Source: Perkinsela sp. CCAP 1560/9 (lineage: Eukaryota > Protista > Euglenozoa: Kinetoplastea). From it: DNA of 64,000 nt. Of the stretch, positions 31,301 through 42,730 are shown piece by piece (the stretch's first letter is position 1; each line of letters opens with the position of its first letter). Below the pieces are notes generated by a model. The model was not told where the DNA came from, did no database searches, and saw nothing but the letters and a program-made list of their open reading frames with translations. The position numbers were made by a program, and so were the translations under genes. The stretch spans positions 930,001 to 994,000 of the forward strand of contig CBFFSA010000004.1 of NCBI GenBank assembly GCA_965644495.1, read 5' to 3'.

Positions 31301-32176
31301 ATGAGTCGAAAAACTGTTTATTTGGATCGATTGGCGAAAAATATACTTACGGAGCGAATCTCCTATGTGAGTCAATCTGTGGCAAATCTTATTGATTCGG
31401 AGCTTATGGGTCCTGCATGTCAGTACAGTCTTGATCAGTTAATGGAGCTCGCTGGGTTAAGCGTTGCTACCGCGATTGAGACGGAGTATGGGAAATCTGG
31501 CTTGGACCATCCGCTTAGAATCCTTTCTGTTTGTGGCCCAGGAAATAATGGCGGAGACGGACTCGTCGCCGCCCGGCACTTATCATTATTTGGTCACGTT
31601 GTGGATGTGTGGTACCCAAAACCGTGTGCAAGGCTTCCACACATCCTCACTCAGCTACGGGATGTATTTTCATCGAATTCCGACAAAAGTATGCCTTGCG
31701 GAGTCATAAGCACTAATCCACTAGATCCGCCAGGCACTTTGGAATCATACAATATTATTATTGATGCAATATTCGGGTTTAACTTCCATGGAGAAGTACG
31801 GGAACCTTTCTCTTCGATCATCACACAACTTGCAAAAGTTTGCAATCCTTACTGTGGATACGGGAGGCACGTACCGAAAGGCAACACTCATCCCGTAAGA
31901 CTTGTGAGCATCGATGTGCCGTCAGGGTGGGAAGTAGACAATACAAAATGTAGGTCAACCGCGGTTAAAACACCTTTGGAGACTTCAAGTGAAGCCGAAC
32001 AAGATCACACACTGCTCCCCCATATGCTTATCTCTTTAACCATACCGAAGAAATGCGCTGAAAGGTGCAGCGCTATTCATTACCTTGGAGGAAGATTTAT
32101 TTCTACTCGAATCGCTTCGAGCTTTTCTTTGCAAATTCCAACGTATCCGAATAGTGCGCAGTGTGTTCATCTCTAG
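31301..32176 (+). CDS. NAXE: NAD(P)HX epimerase (YjeF_N)
   Basis: YSLDQLMELAGLSVA, CGPGNNGGDGLVAARHL, DAIFGFNF, SIDVPSGW and HYLGGRF. Start codon uncertain. Confidence 0.93.
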   Translation: MSRKTVYLDRLAKNILTERISYVSQSVANLIDSELMGPACQYSLDQLMELAGLSVATAIETEYGKSGLDHPLRILSVCGPGNNGGDGLVAARHLSLFGHVVDVWYPKPCARLPHILTQLRDVFSSNSDKSMPCGVISTNPLDPPGTLESYNIIIDAIFGFNFHGEVREPFSSIITQLAKVCNPYCGYGRHVPKGNTHPVRLVSIDVPSGWEVDNTKCRSTAVKTPLETSSEAEQDHTLLPHMLISLTIPKKCAERCSAIHYLGGRFISTRIASSFSLQIPTYPNSAQCVHL

Positions 32177-32428
32177 CGAAGTCTAATTGGAAAGTTCGGT
32201 TTATCAGTTTCTTTAGGTGTATGTCACTTGCCGCAGCCCTCTTAGCAAGATATAATAACTGCATACATAAATGGATGTTCTGTATATGTTTTATCAGTTT
32301 TGATCAATATCTTTTTAAAGATTGGAGATACAGCAGTAATGTATTTCATAAGGAAATTTTTTTTAATGCTAGGTTGTGATTACATTATATTAGTAATGCT
32401 TTTCTAACAAGCCTAACGTTTACAGCGT

Positions 32429-32683
32429 ATGTCTAGTACCATTTCTGGGAAGGCTTTCACATGCGCGATTTTCTCAATCTGCAGTGCTCTAATACTTCTC
32501 TTTTTGGGTATGCTACTGCAGACACGCTCTGTACACATGGAATTACTGTGCGAACATCATCACTGGGAGTGCACGAAGAAGGCAAAATCTTGTTTTCTGG
32601 CTGCTGCGATGTATTCTTCTATTAGCGCCCTTTCTGTTCTGGCTCTTGGCGTTTCAAGATGGCGTCAGAGTCGTAGAACGTAG
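32429..32683 (+). CDS. RNASEK: RNase kappa / V-ATPase subunit f-like small membrane protein
   Basis: Two TM helices with C..fS.....L..LG and AKSCFLAAAMY (compare RNASEK NCFIAAGLY). Confidence 0.65.
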   Translation: MSSTISGKAFTCAIFSICSALILLFLGMLLQTRSVHMELLCEHHHWECTKKAKSCFLAAAMYSSISALSVLALGVSRWRQSRRT

Positions 32684-33066
32684 TCGCAGTAGCAGTTCCT
32701 TAGATTTGAATTGAAGTGTTTTCTTCTCAAGAGCTTCATCACTGAATACCTCGTTTGTGGGCTGCCACGAAGTACGATGCTGGGATTAGTGCAGCAGGGA
32801 ATTGTGCGTATAGATGGGTTCACGTGTTTTAGATGATTATATCGGTTAATGTATAGTATTCCACCACAACAATTAGATGCATCACCTTTTTCTACACGTA
32901 ATTACTACTTCGTAATTACGGTGTACTTGGTAAAGTTTTAACTTTTTTGATGCGCGAATAATAAAAGATCTACCAACGTTATCATAAGAATCTAGCAGAG
33001 TTGCCTTTTTTACGACGTTTTCGGTACTGACCCTACTGGGCAGCCAATGATTCACACTGTACAGTA

Positions 33067-35370
33067 ATGTTATCTTCCACAGGACTCGTTCTCTTAGTGC
33101 TTCTGGACGTGTCAAATTGTTCACGTGCACGTCCTTTTGCAGGTGAAGCTCTTCCGTTCAATGTGGATTCGTTGCCTCGAGATTCTTCCTCAAGTCTTTC
33201 CACCGCACCAGAAAGCGACTCTCCAATATTTTTTAATTTTCGAAAAGCATATTCAAGGCCTTCTGCTTGCTCGGAAATTTTGCCTTGGGAAACTGTAAAT
33301 CAGGTAGATTTTGTACTTCTTGCTGCCCATAAAAGCTTTGCACAGGCGTTAAATACCACGTCTTTTCAAGCGGCGGATTCAACAAGATACACAGACATGG
33401 CCCAATTAAGTAAACAAGTACAATGGATGTCATCCACAGCAAAAGCTTTGCATGCGCAGCATGTTACATTTCTTGCAACCTTGTTCACTGAATGTGAGTT
33501 GGACGACGACGTTTTGAATGACGTTCATTTCGGTGCAAAATCTATGAATTTTGGCCTGAACGTTCTGCAAGAGCATCTTTTACAAGTACGTGAGACGCTG
33601 ATGCGATCCGTATCTGACAATGGTGAACACGACAGTGTAAATATAACTCAAATCCTCCGAGTGCTTCACCAGGGTATACAAATGGGCATGACGGAGATTT
33701 ACCTGCAGCACGCAATGTCATTTCGAATGACTGGAACGAGGCTAACGTGGAAATCCATTTCTGAGCAATCTGAATTATATTTTCAGAATATTTTTGGGGA
33801 CCTAGACCAAAGGCTTCGATTTTTCGGGACAGACAAGCATTTTGATGATCGTGATGTTTTGCATCCGCACGTGATACAAAGAGGTATGAACGCTGTTATG
33901 ATCGCTCTTATCCGAATGTATATCGGTGGGGATTATATTCGTGATCATTTTTACCGGCATGAGAATGTCATTTCGTTATTCTTGGATTACATTGAAGTTT
34001 TATTGCAACGATATATTGCAGGTAATTGGAAAGAGAATTCGGCTGTGCGTGATCGTAGTGAGCGGTTAATGACCAGTATTTCCAAGCCGCATTCCAATGC
34101 AAAAACAAGTGAGACGTGGTCTCATTTAAAGAGGTTCTTGATACCAAAGAGTATGGGGAAACTCGCAAATGTTCGTCAAACCACTACGACGCTGTACCCA
34201 CATTCCTTTGAAGGTACTGTGGATGATAGATTGTTGCAGCTGATTACCGATTTCACGGAGCTACAGGCAACTATAAATTTTGCTCTCCCTATTGAGAATA
34301 CTTTACAAGGAGCCATGCAACAAACGTCCTTTAACCTTCTTGAGTCTTACGAATCTGATGCGCGAGATACAGTAGAAAATCTTCTTCTTCAGTTCCCCAT
34401 AGTTCACGCGGCATTAGAAACGTATGATCTGCCTTACATACGGTGCAGTATTTGCAATGTCCCAGTTCCTTTTGAGGTGTTCGATTCGATGCAGCAGGAA
34501 ATTTTAAATTCGGAAAGTGTTCTACCAAATGTAGAATATCAGTGTTCATGTTCCCATCACTTTGGAAGATTTTTGCTAAATAAAGCAAAAAAGAAAAGAG
34601 CATTGTTATCATGGTCCCAAATGGTGCAAATCATCAACGCCGTGACCCATGACATGCGGATTCTGTGGAACCTTCATGTTAGTTCACACACCCCTCTAAA
34701 ACTCGATAGCAGAATTAGTAGCAGAGAAGATAGACTTATAGATTGGTTAATCCTTTGTGAAGTCCATGAGCAACATATTGATGATATTTTGGAGACAATG
34801 AGATCCACATCGTCGTTCGAGAACGCCTCATACCACCGTGAATGGTGGCGACGTACCCTCGAAGCAGTAATTGGAAAGGTAATTTACAATGCGATATTGC
34901 ACTTCGACTTCGGAAGCCTTTTTGTTACAAAAGCCGAAGTCGAAAAGAAATTTTCATTGTGCATTCGCCCGTTCCAGCAGAATTCGAGCATCTGGGCTCG
35001 TATAATTCCGAAGAATTTTAACACGGAGGTATGGGGCGAATTTCAGGGTGAATATTCTTTTGTACACTGTACCCTGCAGGACTATCTGCATGTCTTGTTG
35101 GACATTCGCAGTCCAAGAAAGGAGAAAGCACAAATGTTGCACTCGATTCGGGATTCTTACTTAAACTCTGTGGAACGATGGAACGAGAATACTGATCGTA
35201 TCGCCCTGAATTTGCAAGCACTTCTGATGGAGTACGCTGGCTTAGTGAGACAGGACGTTATTTTTGAAACCCACGTGCGAGGTGAATACCAAATTTTGGC
35301 TGATGTTTTCACTGAGTGGGTCTTGCTTTTGTTTGAACAAGGTACTAACGGAAAGGTCATCACCGGATAA
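33067..35370 (+). CDS. Hypothetical protein with signal peptide and a CxxC...CxCxH motif
   Basis: 767-aa ORF with a hydrophobic N-terminus and CSIC...CSCSHH. Confidence 0.7.
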   Translation: MLSSTGLVLLVLLDVSNCSRARPFAGEALPFNVDSLPRDSSSSLSTAPESDSPIFFNFRKAYSRPSACSEILPWETVNQVDFVLLAAHKSFAQALNTTSFQAADSTRYTDMAQLSKQVQWMSSTAKALHAQHVTFLATLFTECELDDDVLNDVHFGAKSMNFGLNVLQEHLLQVRETLMRSVSDNGEHDSVNITQILRVLHQGIQMGMTEIYLQHAMSFRMTGTRLTWKSISEQSELYFQNIFGDLDQRLRFFGTDKHFDDRDVLHPHVIQRGMNAVMIALIRMYIGGDYIRDHFYRHENVISLFLDYIEVLLQRYIAGNWKENSAVRDRSERLMTSISKPHSNAKTSETWSHLKRFLIPKSMGKLANVRQTTTTLYPHSFEGTVDDRLLQLITDFTELQATINFALPIENTLQGAMQQTSFNLLESYESDARDTVENLLLQFPIVHAALETYDLPYIRCSICNVPVPFEVFDSMQQEILNSESVLPNVEYQCSCSHHFGRFLLNKAKKKRALLSWSQMVQIINAVTHDMRILWNLHVSSHTPLKLDSRISSREDRLIDWLILCEVHEQHIDDILETMRSTSSFENASYHREWWRRTLEAVIGKVIYNAILHFDFGSLFVTKAEVEKKFSLCIRPFQQNSSIWARIIPKNFNTEVWGEFQGEYSFVHCTLQDYLHVLLDIRSPRKEKAQMLHSIRDSYLNSVERWNENTDRIALNLQALLMEYAGLVRQDVIFETHVRGEYQILADVFTEWVLLLFEQGTNGKVITG

Positions 35371-36216
35371 AATTCATAGTATGACTACGTCAATCATATA
35401 AGCCGAATAGTACGAATTGCCCAGCACATTGGGAAAACCTTTTTGGGAGAACGCGGTCGTGTTCAGCAATGTAAATTATTGATTGTGCGCAAGATTGCGA
35501 ATTGAATTCGCTGCATTTGATTTGCCTGATGGTAAATTTTGTTCATCTGTTGATGTTTTTTGACTGCCGTTTATGACAGTTGCATCTCGTTCTGTGCCCA
35601 ACAGCACTGACACTGCTCTGATAAGATACTATTCCAAAATTACCGATACATCAATTGAAGAGTATTGGATCGAAACAATTGCTTCTAAAAATAAATAGAC
35701 GTGTGTGCGGGATCAATGATTTGCTAAATCGAAATTTGTACAAAAACAATAACCGGCTCAAGTGTGCATTGTGTGTAATACGTGGTACCGTATGTATCAC
35801 GACCTGTATGTCGACGAGCAATTATGGGAGAGAAGTGTCTAAAAGAGCAGAGTATTTTTTTAATATTTTTCAAGAGGCGCCGTACTTGGCTGCGAAACGT
35901 GAGACTGTTTTGCAATTTCACTATTTTTCCAAATATCATACAGTTAGAATTGTATATTGTACTTCCCTTCTATTGTAATTGCATATTGTCATTCATGTTT
36001 TCGTTTGTATGCAACTCCTAGAACAGTGCCTTAAACCTTCTAAGAGCGTTTTTGATATTTTTTTAAAAGAGGGATACTACATGTATAGCACGCATGGCGA
36101 ATATAAACTTGATAACGTATGCATAATATCAATACGAATGTAAGAATAACAGGTTTTAAAGTGCGCAAACAAATACAAGTACTGCTTGTATATCATTCAT
36201 TCCTTATCAGTTAAAA

Positions 36217-37497
36217 ATGAAAGATAAAAGTGGTGCTGTTCAATCACAAAGACAGACTGAGAAAAATACACATACAAAAGAGCATTGCAGCATATCTACT
36301 AGTCACGATGAGGATACTAATAGTGACTATGGCGCGCCGTTACGATTTTTTGAACATCCCCTTCTTGTGCTACAATTCAGCGCCTATTACCTTCATAGTG
36401 CCCTCCGTCTTCGCCTGGAGTCGATCCTTCAACATTCACTTACCTGGTATCTAATATGGCCCCTATCTATTGCGTACATTTGTATTCCGAGTCTTCGAAT
36501 GCGCGAGTTCGAACTAATTCTTTGGGAATGTGCGCGATGGGTGGCGCTTGGTGTGGCGAGCTCCATTGGGTTCGGTACTGGACTGCACACCGGGATGCTC
36601 TTCATGTTTCCTCACATTTACCACATCTGCCGAGCCGTAGAGAAGTGCGAAGGATACGGATTTGACACATACGGCCCAGTGGCTTTTCAATGCTACACGC
36701 ACATTCCTTCTTCTGTTAATTTTCTTGCAACATGGATGAAAGTGCTTCCGTGGTTAGTCCTATGGGGAACTGGGACTGCGATAGGTGAAATTCCTCCCTA
36801 TGCTGTTAGCTACGCGGCGGCACGAAATCGCCCAAAATTGGCACAGAAAATTAGTGCATCTGAAAACGCGCTCTCTGGCGCGTGGAGTGCGTTGGACCAG
36901 ATGAAGGATTGGATGGTGAAGGTTGTTCGCCGATTCGGATTCTGGGGTGTACTTCTCTTTAGCGCGTACCCAAATGCTGCTTTCGATATGTGCGGCATGG
37001 CATGCGGGCAATCCCTTATGCCTTTTTGGGTATTTTTTACAGCTACATGGCTCGGCAAGGCTGTCATTAAGGTGGCGCTGCAAGGCGCCTTTTTTGTGGC
37101 GCTGTTTAGCGGAGAAACCATTGCTGTCGTTTTGCGCTTTTTGCGTGAATGCTTTCCACTTGCTGGGAAATATATAGATGTCACTGAGCGCGTCATACTA
37201 ACCACACGTAACAGCGTGATTGCAAACGCCAAATTCAATGCTAGTGAGTCACTAGATAGTGATGCGAGCGGTATGGCTTCCTTCCTGCTCTCCCATCTTT
37301 TCTCGATCATAGTTACGATTTGCGTCATCTCTTTTATGATTTCAATACTAGAAGGCTGGGCTCACGAGTATCAAACGCAAAAAACCACTGAACGATCACA
37401 CACGATGAACCTCACACGTGTATGTTTCTTTCTTGCACTTCTGGTCGCGCCATTCTTATTTTTATTTGCGGACCCACGCATACCTTGGTACAATTAA
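36217..37497 (+). CDS. VMP1: Vacuole membrane protein 1 (DedA/VTT domain)
   Basis: WVALGVASSIGFGTGLHT, WGTGTAIGEIPPY, PNAAFDMCGMACG and FFTATWLGKAVIK. Confidence 0.93.
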   Translation: MKDKSGAVQSQRQTEKNTHTKEHCSISTSHDEDTNSDYGAPLRFFEHPLLVLQFSAYYLHSALRLRLESILQHSLTWYLIWPLSIAYICIPSLRMREFELILWECARWVALGVASSIGFGTGLHTGMLFMFPHIYHICRAVEKCEGYGFDTYGPVAFQCYTHIPSSVNFLATWMKVLPWLVLWGTGTAIGEIPPYAVSYAAARNRPKLAQKISASENALSGAWSALDQMKDWMVKVVRRFGFWGVLLFSAYPNAAFDMCGMACGQSLMPFWVFFTATWLGKAVIKVALQGAFFVALFSGETIAVVLRFLRECFPLAGKYIDVTERVILTTRNSVIANAKFNASESLDSDASGMASFLLSHLFSIIVTICVISFMISILEGWAHEYQTQKTTERSHTMNLTRVCFFLALLVAPFLFLFADPRIPWYN

Positions 37498-37688
37498 TAA
37501 TTCGCTTGAGCCATGGGCTGGTTCTTTTCAATCGTTCTACTTACTGCTACTGTTAGGCATGACTCGCTCTAGAACTGAAATTCAATCATCGCAATATCGA
37601 TTCTCCAAAAACCTGTATTCTCACAAAACACTTTCCTCGTCGTTCGTCGATCCTTCCTTTTCCTACCTCTTCCCCTTTCCCCCCTTCC

Positions 37689-39170
37689 ATGACCACCCCC
37701 ACCCCTCCTCCCGTCACCATCAACCCCCGCGTACTCCAAGCCCAGTACGCCGTCCGCGGTCTCCTCCCCACCCGTGCTCTCGAGATCGAAAACGAAATCA
37801 AAGCCGGCAAACCCTACCCTTTCCAAAAACTCATCTACTGCAACATTGGCAACCCCCAGGCCCTACAACAACCCCCCCTGACCTTTCCCCGCCAAGTCAT
37901 GGCCCTGGTGGACTGCCCGAGTCTCTTACAAAACCCCCCCGAGGCCCTCCACGCTCTCTTCCCCCCCGACGCCCTCACCCGGGCCCGGGACTACCTCTCC
38001 GGTCCCATCGGAGCCCGCACCGGGGCCTACACCCACTCCCTGGGCTACGACGGGGTCCGGACCGAAATTGCGCACTTTATCTCCGCAAGGGACTCTTCAG
38101 GAGATCAACCCGACAAGAACCACATCTTTCTCACCGACGGCGCCAGTGCGGGGGTCAAGCTGGTCCTGCAGTGTCTCGTAAGTGACCCCTCCGATGGGGT
38201 CATGATCCCCATCCCGCAGTACCCGCTGTACACCGCCTCGTTGGCCCTCCTCGGGGGCACCGCGGTGGATTACTACCTCCAGGAGAGCAGTGGGTGGAGC
38301 GTGGAGGTGGGGGAGATGGAGCGGATCTATGAGGCCAGTGTGCGCCGCGGGGTGACCCCAAGGGTGCTGGTCGTGATTAACCCGGGTAACCCCACGGGGC
38401 AGGTGCTGGAGGTGGGGGTGATGGAGGGGTGCGTGCGGTTCGCGCACAGGCACGGCCTGGTGGTGCTGGCGGATGAGGTGTACCAGGAGAATGTGTACTG
38501 TAAGCCGGGGAAGGGGTTTCATAGTTTTCGAGAGGTGACGCTGGGGATGGGGGCACCGTATGCGCAGGAGACTATGGTGGCCTCGCTGCACTCGACGTCG
38601 AAGGGGATTCTCGGGGAGTGTGGACGACGAGGGGGGTATATGGAGTTGTTGAACTTCCCGTCGGAGTTGTATGCGCAGATTATGAAGCTCGCGTCGATTA
38701 ATTTGTGCTCCAATGTGAATGGGCAGCTGATGACGGAGTTGATGGTACGACCCCCGCAACCCGGGGAGGCGAGCTATGAGAGCTACACCAAGGAGTACAC
38801 CACGATCTATGACTCGTTGGTTCGCCGGGCCGCGTTGCTGGTACGGGAACTGAATGCTATCCCTGGGATTCGTAGCAATGAGATCGAGGGTGCGATGTAC
38901 GCCTTCCCGCAGCTCATGCTACCCCAGTCGTTTATTGACTACAATGCACGGGAAAACGAACGCAACGGGACGAGCATGCAGCCAGATGTACGATGGTGCC
39001 TGCAGCTGTTAGAGGCTACGGGAATCGTAGTGGTACCGGGATCCGGATTCGGTCAACGTGAGGGCACCTATCACTTCCGTACCACGATCCTTCCCCCAGA
39101 GGAAGACATGGTTTTGTTAACCAAGAGTCTTCGTGTTTTTCAAGGAGATTTCTTGAAGCGCTTTTCTTGA
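37689..39170 (+). CDS. ALAT: Alanine aminotransferase (PLP-dependent)
   Basis: YAVRG, CNIGNPQ, INPGNPTGQV, ADEVYQEN, SLHSTSKG...ECGRRGGY and VPGSGFGQ.GTYHFRTTILP. Confidence 0.97.
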   Translation: MTTPTPPPVTINPRVLQAQYAVRGLLPTRALEIENEIKAGKPYPFQKLIYCNIGNPQALQQPPLTFPRQVMALVDCPSLLQNPPEALHALFPPDALTRARDYLSGPIGARTGAYTHSLGYDGVRTEIAHFISARDSSGDQPDKNHIFLTDGASAGVKLVLQCLVSDPSDGVMIPIPQYPLYTASLALLGGTAVDYYLQESSGWSVEVGEMERIYEASVRRGVTPRVLVVINPGNPTGQVLEVGVMEGCVRFAHRHGLVVLADEVYQENVYCKPGKGFHSFREVTLGMGAPYAQETMVASLHSTSKGILGECGRRGGYMELLNFPSELYAQIMKLASINLCSNVNGQLMTELMVRPPQPGEASYESYTKEYTTIYDSLVRRAALLVRELNAIPGIRSNEIEGAMYAFPQLMLPQSFIDYNARENERNGTSMQPDVRWCLQLLEATGIVVVPGSGFGQREGTYHFRTTILPPEEDMVLLTKSLRVFQGDFLKRFS

Positions 39171-39627
39171 TGGTGCCTTGATGTGGGCATGCCTTGATAT
39201 GGATTCTACAAGATGTGAGAATAATGCGTAATGCGGCGTAATGTAATAAAGAATAGACTTTGAGCGTGATCAACCAGTGACGAATAAAAGAATATGGGCG
39301 TTCTCGTATCTCAATCAGAAAGTTCGCTTAATTTTCGCAATCTTAATTAATGTTTACAGAAACTATGGAAACCTATACATAAAATAGTTATGTATGTGCG
39401 TTCGTATCTAGCGTGCGTTGGTTATCTATGGGAGGTTGCGTTTGCTATTTTTGGTTAATTGGTAATTATCCAACCAGTGTTTATCAAGAGTGGCGTACTA
39501 TGTTTTAAGTTTCGTGTGCTAAAATATGAAATCGGGGTCTGCAGCAGCTGTCTTAATGGATGACTTGCAGCTGAATCTTACGAATAGAATAATCCTTGTC
39601 TTTTTGTTAGTATCTTAATATAGCTTC

Positions 39628-39888
39628 ATGTCTTTGACGTTTCACGCAGAGTTTGCGATGCCTTGCGAATTCTACGCTTACGTAGTGAGAAACGCTCTTC
39701 TCCTGCCGAATAAGGAAGAAAACGGAACGTATTGGTCATGTGATGTCCTTCTGAACACCGCTCTACCCAAAGTGTATGTCACGATTACAGCGAACGACGC
39801 ACGGGCACTTCGCAACACAGTTAATGGTGCATTGGAGCAAATACGTTTGATCGTTCGAACCATAAAGACGTTTGGAGATCAGCATTAG
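39628..39888 (+). CDS. PCC1: KEOPS complex subunit Pcc1/LAGE3
   Basis: 86 aa; ITANDARALRNTVNGALEQIRLIVRTIKTFG matches the Pcc1 C-terminal pattern. Confidence 0.75.
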   Translation: MSLTFHAEFAMPCEFYAYVVRNALLLPNKEENGTYWSCDVLLNTALPKVYVTITANDARALRNTVNGALEQIRLIVRTIKTFGDQH

Positions 39889-40551
39889 AGTAACATTCTA
39901 GTGGTGTATCAGTATGCCAAAGTGCAGAAACGGGATGAAAGCCTGCTTCAGATACTTTTCGTTAAACTGCGTTCGCTGAATAGTTCGTGTTTCTCTGCGT
40001 TTCTCGATGACTCTTGTGGAGACACCCTGCCTCAATGAAAAATGCACACCGTGTATCTTTCGGGCTGGGGAGCAGTGCATAATGTATGGGAAAGGAAATA
40101 CCCCCTGAGCTTTGTACTCTTTAGCTTGTCTACCTTGAACTCCCTTTTATTGAATGGAGCAGATCCTTGAATGCTCATTCAATCTCAATGTAAACTCAAT
40201 ATTCTCACGAATACTCAATATTCTCCGCACGTACTGAGGAAGAAACATTCCTTTTGTGAAGCTGTATGACGCAAAAATTACGAGAAAGTATTCGATCAGA
40301 GGCGTTTCACAACCTTTTTTCCTTTCAGATTCACGTCATTATCTCCTTCGTAAGCCAACTTTAGTGGTTATTGAAGGGAAGTGAAGGGATAGCATATTAA
40401 AGCCGGATAGCACTAGCTTCTTTGTTCTTTTTTAAGTTTGTATTGTGACACTCGCTTCATTATACCTCTTACTGCATTATACGTCGTACAGCATGGTATT
40501 TCATGCACCAACTCTAACCACTAAAATTTTTGGAAGTACTTTTACTGCCTC

Positions 40552-41091
40552 ATGGTGGGAAAGGAACGGAAAAAACTGCAAACGGCATTTGATTGTCCCA
40601 TGTGCGACGGGAGTCAAACCATTGCAGTGCGCCTGCGTCGAACCCAGGGAACTGCCGCGTTGAAGTGTACGCAATGCCCGCGTGCCAAGTACGACACTCA
40701 TATTACTCCCTGTATGAGAGAAATCGACGTTTTCGCTGAGTGGTACCAAAAGTTAATTGTTCCCGGGTTCAATGCTGTACCAAGCGGCGAACTTGGACGT
40801 ACAAGTAATACCTTTGGAATGTTTCTTCCCGAGGATAGTGCACCTGTAGAGTCCTTCTCGAATGACAGAGACCCGCTATTGCGACAAGGCGTGGAATCTA
40901 AACCAGCCTTTGTTGCAAATCCCCAGGTCGGTATCTTTGGCGAAATCACAACGACGACACTAAACCCTGCTTGGGATGATATAGCGAAGAATAATTCAGG
41001 AACGTATCGCAGCATGGACCATGATTCCGACTTCCAGGTACCCGACCCAGGTGACCTTGTGGACAATTATTCAGAGGATGTAGATTTCTAA
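40552..41091 (+). CDS. ELF1: Transcription elongation factor Elf1 with acidic C-terminal extension
   Basis: KKLQTAFDCPMC...CTQC...IDVFAEW zinc ribbon. Confidence 0.85.
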   Translation: MVGKERKKLQTAFDCPMCDGSQTIAVRLRRTQGTAALKCTQCPRAKYDTHITPCMREIDVFAEWYQKLIVPGFNAVPSGELGRTSNTFGMFLPEDSAPVESFSNDRDPLLRQGVESKPAFVANPQVGIFGEITTTTLNPAWDDIAKNNSGTYRSMDHDSDFQVPDPGDLVDNYSEDVDF

Positions 41092-41265
41092 AATCATCAC
41101 CATTTCACGCGTTACAGTAGATACAAAACCAATATGTGGGACACACTTAAATAAATGATAAATTTCTGGTTCCCTACCCAGTTTTACAGAAACAAAATTG
41201 TACGTTAACCTGACAATCAACCTAGTTCCCACTATATTTCATCATAACGACTCTCCCCTCCCACA

Positions 41266-42537
41266 ATGCTACGTTTATCACGTAAATTCACCCGGGCACT
41301 GCAATTTTTTGACGACGCCGCACGTACCCCTGGAACACTCCCTCGGCAAGCGGATCTTCCTCTTTCACGACGAGCCCGGGAGCAACTCGCCATGACACGG
41401 GTCCAGGAGGTGGATCGCGGCACCACACCCCATCACTACCGCGTACAAGATCCCTGGGTGGGGTCCCGACTAGACGCCTTCCTGAGTCATCACCACCCGG
41501 AGTGGAACCCCGAGGTGGTTTACAAGCTCGTGCGCGCGGGACACATCTTTCGTATGAAGTCTCACACGGGAAACACTGTACGAAGCTCTAGTGTAGGAGA
41601 TCGCCTGGAGCGTAATGATGTCGTAGTGCTGCCTCCTCATCTTCCCATGGGCTACGAACGCTTTCTTACCCCCTCCATACCGGAGGTAACTGAAACGGCA
41701 AGAGAGAAGTTCTCCTCCCGCGTACGGAACCTGGCCCAGTCCTGGGTGTTGTTTAAGAATGCCCACGTGATTGTAATTAACAAACCCCCCGGGGTGCCGG
41801 TGCATCAGAGTCCAGACTCTACCGCAGTGAACATTCAGGATATGCTTCCATTGTGGCGCTACACAAACCCTCACCGACCCTCGCTGGTTCATTTGCTCGA
41901 CAAAGAGACGAGCGGATGTTTAATACTGGCACGTACTCCCTCCGCGCACCGTATGTTACACCCCATGTTTGTCCGACGCTGTGTGCCCACAAATGTATAT
42001 TGGGCATTGCTAAGCTCAGCCCCGAAGGCTCGTGTAGGTCGCATCCGTATGCATATGGAGTTCACCCGTCCACTCCAGCACGACGATAAAGGAAACCCAA
42101 CCTCGAAGACAACGCGGCGGGAGGGAGAACGTATTATAGTGCGGCCCATTCCCTCGGAGCACAGCAAAGCAGCCATTGCGGAGTACACGGTGAATGAGAC
42201 GCTGAGTCAGTATGGGGCATGGGTTTCCTTTTACCCACTCACAAATCACCGACATCAGATACGTATCATGGCGGCCCACGCGCTTCGCTCTCCGATTTTA
42301 GGTGATGCGAAATATGGGGGCAATGCAGCCTATCCTGGAGCTTTGCGAACGTTCTGGGATCCGGAAGATCGGGGCATTTCTCTTCATTTACACCACAGAC
42401 GGATTCAGCTCCCTTATAAGCATAAGGCAAGTGGGGAATGGATCTGTGTCGATGCCCCGCTTCCACCTCACATGGAAAGAACCTGGGACACTCTTGGGTG
42501 GAACAAATCAGCACACGACCCCTTCATACAACCTTAG
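41266..42537 (+). CDS. RluA/RluD-family pseudouridine synthase, probably mitochondrial
   Basis: S4-like RLDAFL, INKPPGVPVH, HLLDKETSGCL, HQIR and PILGDAKYG; MLRLSR presequence. Confidence 0.88.
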   Translation: MLRLSRKFTRALQFFDDAARTPGTLPRQADLPLSRRAREQLAMTRVQEVDRGTTPHHYRVQDPWVGSRLDAFLSHHHPEWNPEVVYKLVRAGHIFRMKSHTGNTVRSSSVGDRLERNDVVVLPPHLPMGYERFLTPSIPEVTETAREKFSSRVRNLAQSWVLFKNAHVIVINKPPGVPVHQSPDSTAVNIQDMLPLWRYTNPHRPSLVHLLDKETSGCLILARTPSAHRMLHPMFVRRCVPTNVYWALLSSAPKARVGRIRMHMEFTRPLQHDDKGNPTSKTTRREGERIIVRPIPSEHSKAAIAEYTVNETLSQYGAWVSFYPLTNHRHQIRIMAAHALRSPILGDAKYGGNAAYPGALRTFWDPEDRGISLHLHHRRIQLPYKHKASGEWICVDAPLPPHMERTWDTLGWNKSAHDPFIQP

Positions 42538-42730
42538 GCAATCCGTCTCCAATCTAATTCTGAGACTGGTGAAAGGACGCTGTACATGACACTCATATGC
42601 AGCGTAAAATTCAAATTCAATTTTATTCACGGTTTCTTCACTGACCGATTCTTCCCTAGTACTGACTGTACCCGATTCGATGATTTTCTAATATTTTGAA
42701 GAAATTACGTACGTTATCACGTTTCCTATA

